From an uncultured bacterium (GTDB taxonomy: Bacteria; JAJVIF01; JAPKYR01), in the NCBI GenBank assembly GCA_965369865.1, contig CBDURU010000034.1, forward strand, positions 1 through 29,570: DNA of 29,570 nt, in the 5' to 3' direction. The translations under genes and the position numbers were made by a program. Shown one piece after another: positions 27,280-29,570 of this stretch (the stretch's first letter is position 1; each line of letters opens with the position of its first letter). A model generated the notes under the pieces. The model saw only the letters and a list, made by a program, of their open reading frames with translations. It was not told the DNA's origin and did not search any database.

Positions 27280-28788
27280 ATGACAACTGAAGATAAAAAC
27301 ACGACTACCGAAATCGAAAATCTCCAACAGGAGTTCCCGACATTGTTCGCTAAATCCAGGACAGGACGGTCGTGTGTACAACCGCAAGACGACACCATGT
27401 TCGATCCATCCGGATTTGAAGGACTGCTTCGCGAGAACCCGGCAAGGCTTCCCGAGATTTGTGAAGTCGACCTGGTCAGGCATTTCATCGGGCTTTCGAA
27501 CCGTAATTTCGGTATCGATAACGGCATTTATCCTCTTGGAAGCTGCACGATGAAATACAATCCGAAAATTAACGACCTGACATCCAGCTTTCCGGGATTT
27601 ACGGAACTTCATCCATACCAGGATGCCGAAGAATGCCAGGGTGCTTTGCAGATAATGTGGGACCTTGAGGAAATGCTCTCGGTTATTTTCGGCATGAACG
27701 CATTCTCACTTCAACCGGCGGCAGGCGCGCATGGCGAATTCACCGGTCTGTTGATAATCAAAAAGTACCTCGAGTCGAAAGGGCAGGGACACAGGAACGA
27801 AATGCTCATCCCGGACAGCGCGCATGGGACTAATCCAGCCTCAGCCGTTATGGCGGGATTTAAAACCATCGAAATTAAATCCAATGACCGCGGCCTTCTC
27901 GATGTGGACATTCTCAGAAACGCCCTTAATGGGAACACTGCTGGAATTATGATGACCAATCCGAATACACTTGGATTATTTGAAGAGGACGTATTGGAAA
28001 TCGCGGATTTGGTGCATGGTGCGGGTGGGCAACTTTATTACGATGGCGCCAATGCTAATGCAATTGCCGAGATCGCGCGCCCCGGCGATATGGGATTCGA
28101 TGTAATCCACCTCAATCTACATAAAACATTCTCTACCCCGCATGGCGGCGGTGGACCCGGCTCAGGTCCGGTCGGTGTAATGGAACATCTCGCGCAATTC
28201 CTTCCGAATCCCAGGATTATTAAACGTGACGACGGTCTTCTCGACTGGGATGATAACCCGCATTCCATCGGTCGAATGAAAATGTTCTACGGGAATTTCC
28301 TGGTCCTGGTCAGGGCGTATACATACATCCGTATGCTCGGCGCGAAAGGTCTCAGAAAAATGAGCGAGGTCTCTGTTCTCAACGCGAATTACCTGAGAAC
28401 GAAAATTTCCCGGTTTCTCGATGTTCCGTACAATCGAACCTGCATGCACGAATTTGTTGCAAGCGCTGAAAAACTTGCGAAGTGTACCGGTTGCCGTACG
28501 CTGGATATCGCGAAAACCCTTCTCGACTACCGGGTGCATCCACCGACTGTTTATTTCCCACTGATCGTCAAGGAAGCGATCATGATCGAGCCGACTGAAA
28601 CCGAAAGCCTGGAAAACCTCGATCATTTTATTAAGGTCATGAAAACCATTGTCGAGAAAGCAAAAACGGATCCCGACTGGCTTCATAACGCTCCACACTA
28701 CACCCCGGTCCGAAGGCTCGATGATGTCCTTGCCGCGAGAAAACCAAATGTATGCTTCTCGGACTGGCCCGACGACAGTTGTGAATAA
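27280..28788 (+). CDS. gcvPB: Glycine dehydrogenase (decarboxylating) subunit 2
   Basis: YPLGSCTMKYNP, QPAAGAHGE, SAHGTNPAS, PLP motif LNLHKTF.TPHGGGGPG and MIEPTETE. The ORF is open from 27256. Confidence 0.97.
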   Translation: MTTEDKNTTTEIENLQQEFPTLFAKSRTGRSCVQPQDDTMFDPSGFEGLLRENPARLPEICEVDLVRHFIGLSNRNFGIDNGIYPLGSCTMKYNPKINDLTSSFPGFTELHPYQDAEECQGALQIMWDLEEMLSVIFGMNAFSLQPAAGAHGEFTGLLIIKKYLESKGQGHRNEMLIPDSAHGTNPASAVMAGFKTIEIKSNDRGLLDVDILRNALNGNTAGIMMTNPNTLGLFEEDVLEIADLVHGAGGQLYYDGANANAIAEIARPGDMGFDVIHLNLHKTFSTPHGGGGPGSGPVGVMEHLAQFLPNPRIIKRDDGLLDWDDNPHSIGRMKMFYGNFLVLVRAYTYIRMLGAKGLRKMSEVSVLNANYLRTKISRFLDVPYNRTCMHEFVASAEKLAKCTGCRTLDIAKTLLDYRVHPPTVYFPLIVKEAIMIEPTETESLENLDHFIKVMKTIVEKAKTDPDWLHNAPHYTPVRRLDDVLAARKPNVCFSDWPDDSCE

Positions 28789-28808
28789 AAATTAGATAAT
28801 TACGAAGT

Positions 28809-28863
28809 CCAACCGCAGGATGCGGTCGGCACTTGCTATCCGATAGCTGGAAGCTAACGGCAC
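28809..28863 (-). repeat. Two short GTGCCG-footed REP-like hairpins
   Basis: Minus strand gtgccg-accgc-atcct-gcggt and gtgccg-ttagc-ttcca-gcta share the foot and a WTCCW loop but have different stems. Confidence 0.5.
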
Positions 28864-29105
28864 GCAGGGGAAATCCTTAAACCATTGCAGGAAATTTTAT
28901 ATTGGACAAGAGCGAAAATTCCCTAAACGTAAATTACGTAAAAATCTCTAATAAACCCTCAAGTACCGCCATAAAACTGTCGATAATTCTAATAAGAAAC
29001 ATCAATGTGTAAAAGAAGATAGGATATATATTTTCCTTCGGTATACTATCAATATCTTAAACATAACTGCAATCTTCATGGAAGAAGGGTGATGGGAGGT
29101 GCATT

Positions 29106-29399
29106 ATGGGTGTCAACGAAATAAATGACCAGCGTGAAACCCTCACTACGCAGAGGCTTGAAAACCTGCGCAAGGTCCAGCGCCGTGAAGGCGAGGACGG
29201 GGGGGGCGGAGGCAGGGAGTTTCAACAGATGCTCGATTATGGTGAGAAGGAAGAAAAGGAAGGTAAGAAGGAGAATACACCGGATAAAGATCAGGCCGGT
29301 AAGGCAGCAACGCAGACCAGGGCTGTTGGACGGAACGATCAACCGGTGAACAAGAGGGATAAACTCTCACCGGGCGCCCTTATCGATGTCGAAGGGTGA
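29106..29399 (+). CDS. Small hypothetical protein with a C-terminal G..IDV motif
   Basis: GGAGGT SD; charged low-complexity 97-aa sequence ending GALIDVEG. Confidence 0.65.
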   Translation: MGVNEINDQRETLTTQRLENLRKVQRREGEDGGGGGREFQQMLDYGEKEEKEGKKENTPDKDQAGKAATQTRAVGRNDQPVNKRDKLSPGALIDVEG

Positions 29400-29500
29400 A
29401 TCCGTGATTAAATTCCATCCCCCCCTACCCCGGCGGGACTATATATTCCTGCTCTTTCCCAGGTTTCCGGATGATTATGATTAAAGTGAGAAATGAGTAA

Positions 29501-29570
29501 ACCGTAGAACAGCACGGCAGTGCGTCGAATGGATTGTTTTAAGGTGGAAGACGCACTGCCGTGCTGTTCT
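29501..29570. repeat. Second copy of the 5474-5548 REPIN in inverted orientation (truncated by the window edge)
   Basis: Identical arms. The spacer is the reverse complement of the first copy's spacer with 2 mismatches. Confidence 0.9.

Noticed and set aside
326..28698. Many 60-207 aa ORFs overlapping annotated genes
   Set aside because: They are antisense or out-of-frame shadows of well-supported genes.

Overview
Bacterial chromosomal window of roughly 50% GC by eye; the lineage cannot be assigned from sequence alone. It is mostly housekeeping: maf, rimO, pncC/CinA-C, a histidine phosphatase, rplU-rpmA, obgE-nadD-yqeK-LCP-rsfS and split gcvPA/gcvPB. It also carries two YfhO-like (GT-C) membrane proteins and a four-gene exported S8-protease/lipoprotein cluster. 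Four candidates stand out. (1) An AT-rich, translationally coupled two-gene module sits in the opposite orientation between rpmA and obgE. It encodes a divergent class III nucleotidyl-cyclase-like protein plus an unknown partner, a candidate signalling or defence system. (2) A herA-like ATPase is paired with a NurA-like protein that appears to have lost most nuclease residues. The pair has a palindrome over its predicted promoter, and a PD-(D/E)XK-like (DUF6998-like) gene lies upstream. (3) An orphan terminator upstream of maf has an anti-Shine-Dalgarno loop and is a candidate sRNA. (4) Several distinct REP/REPIN-like families occur with no transposase in the window. All family assignments come from motif recognition by eye; no searches were run.
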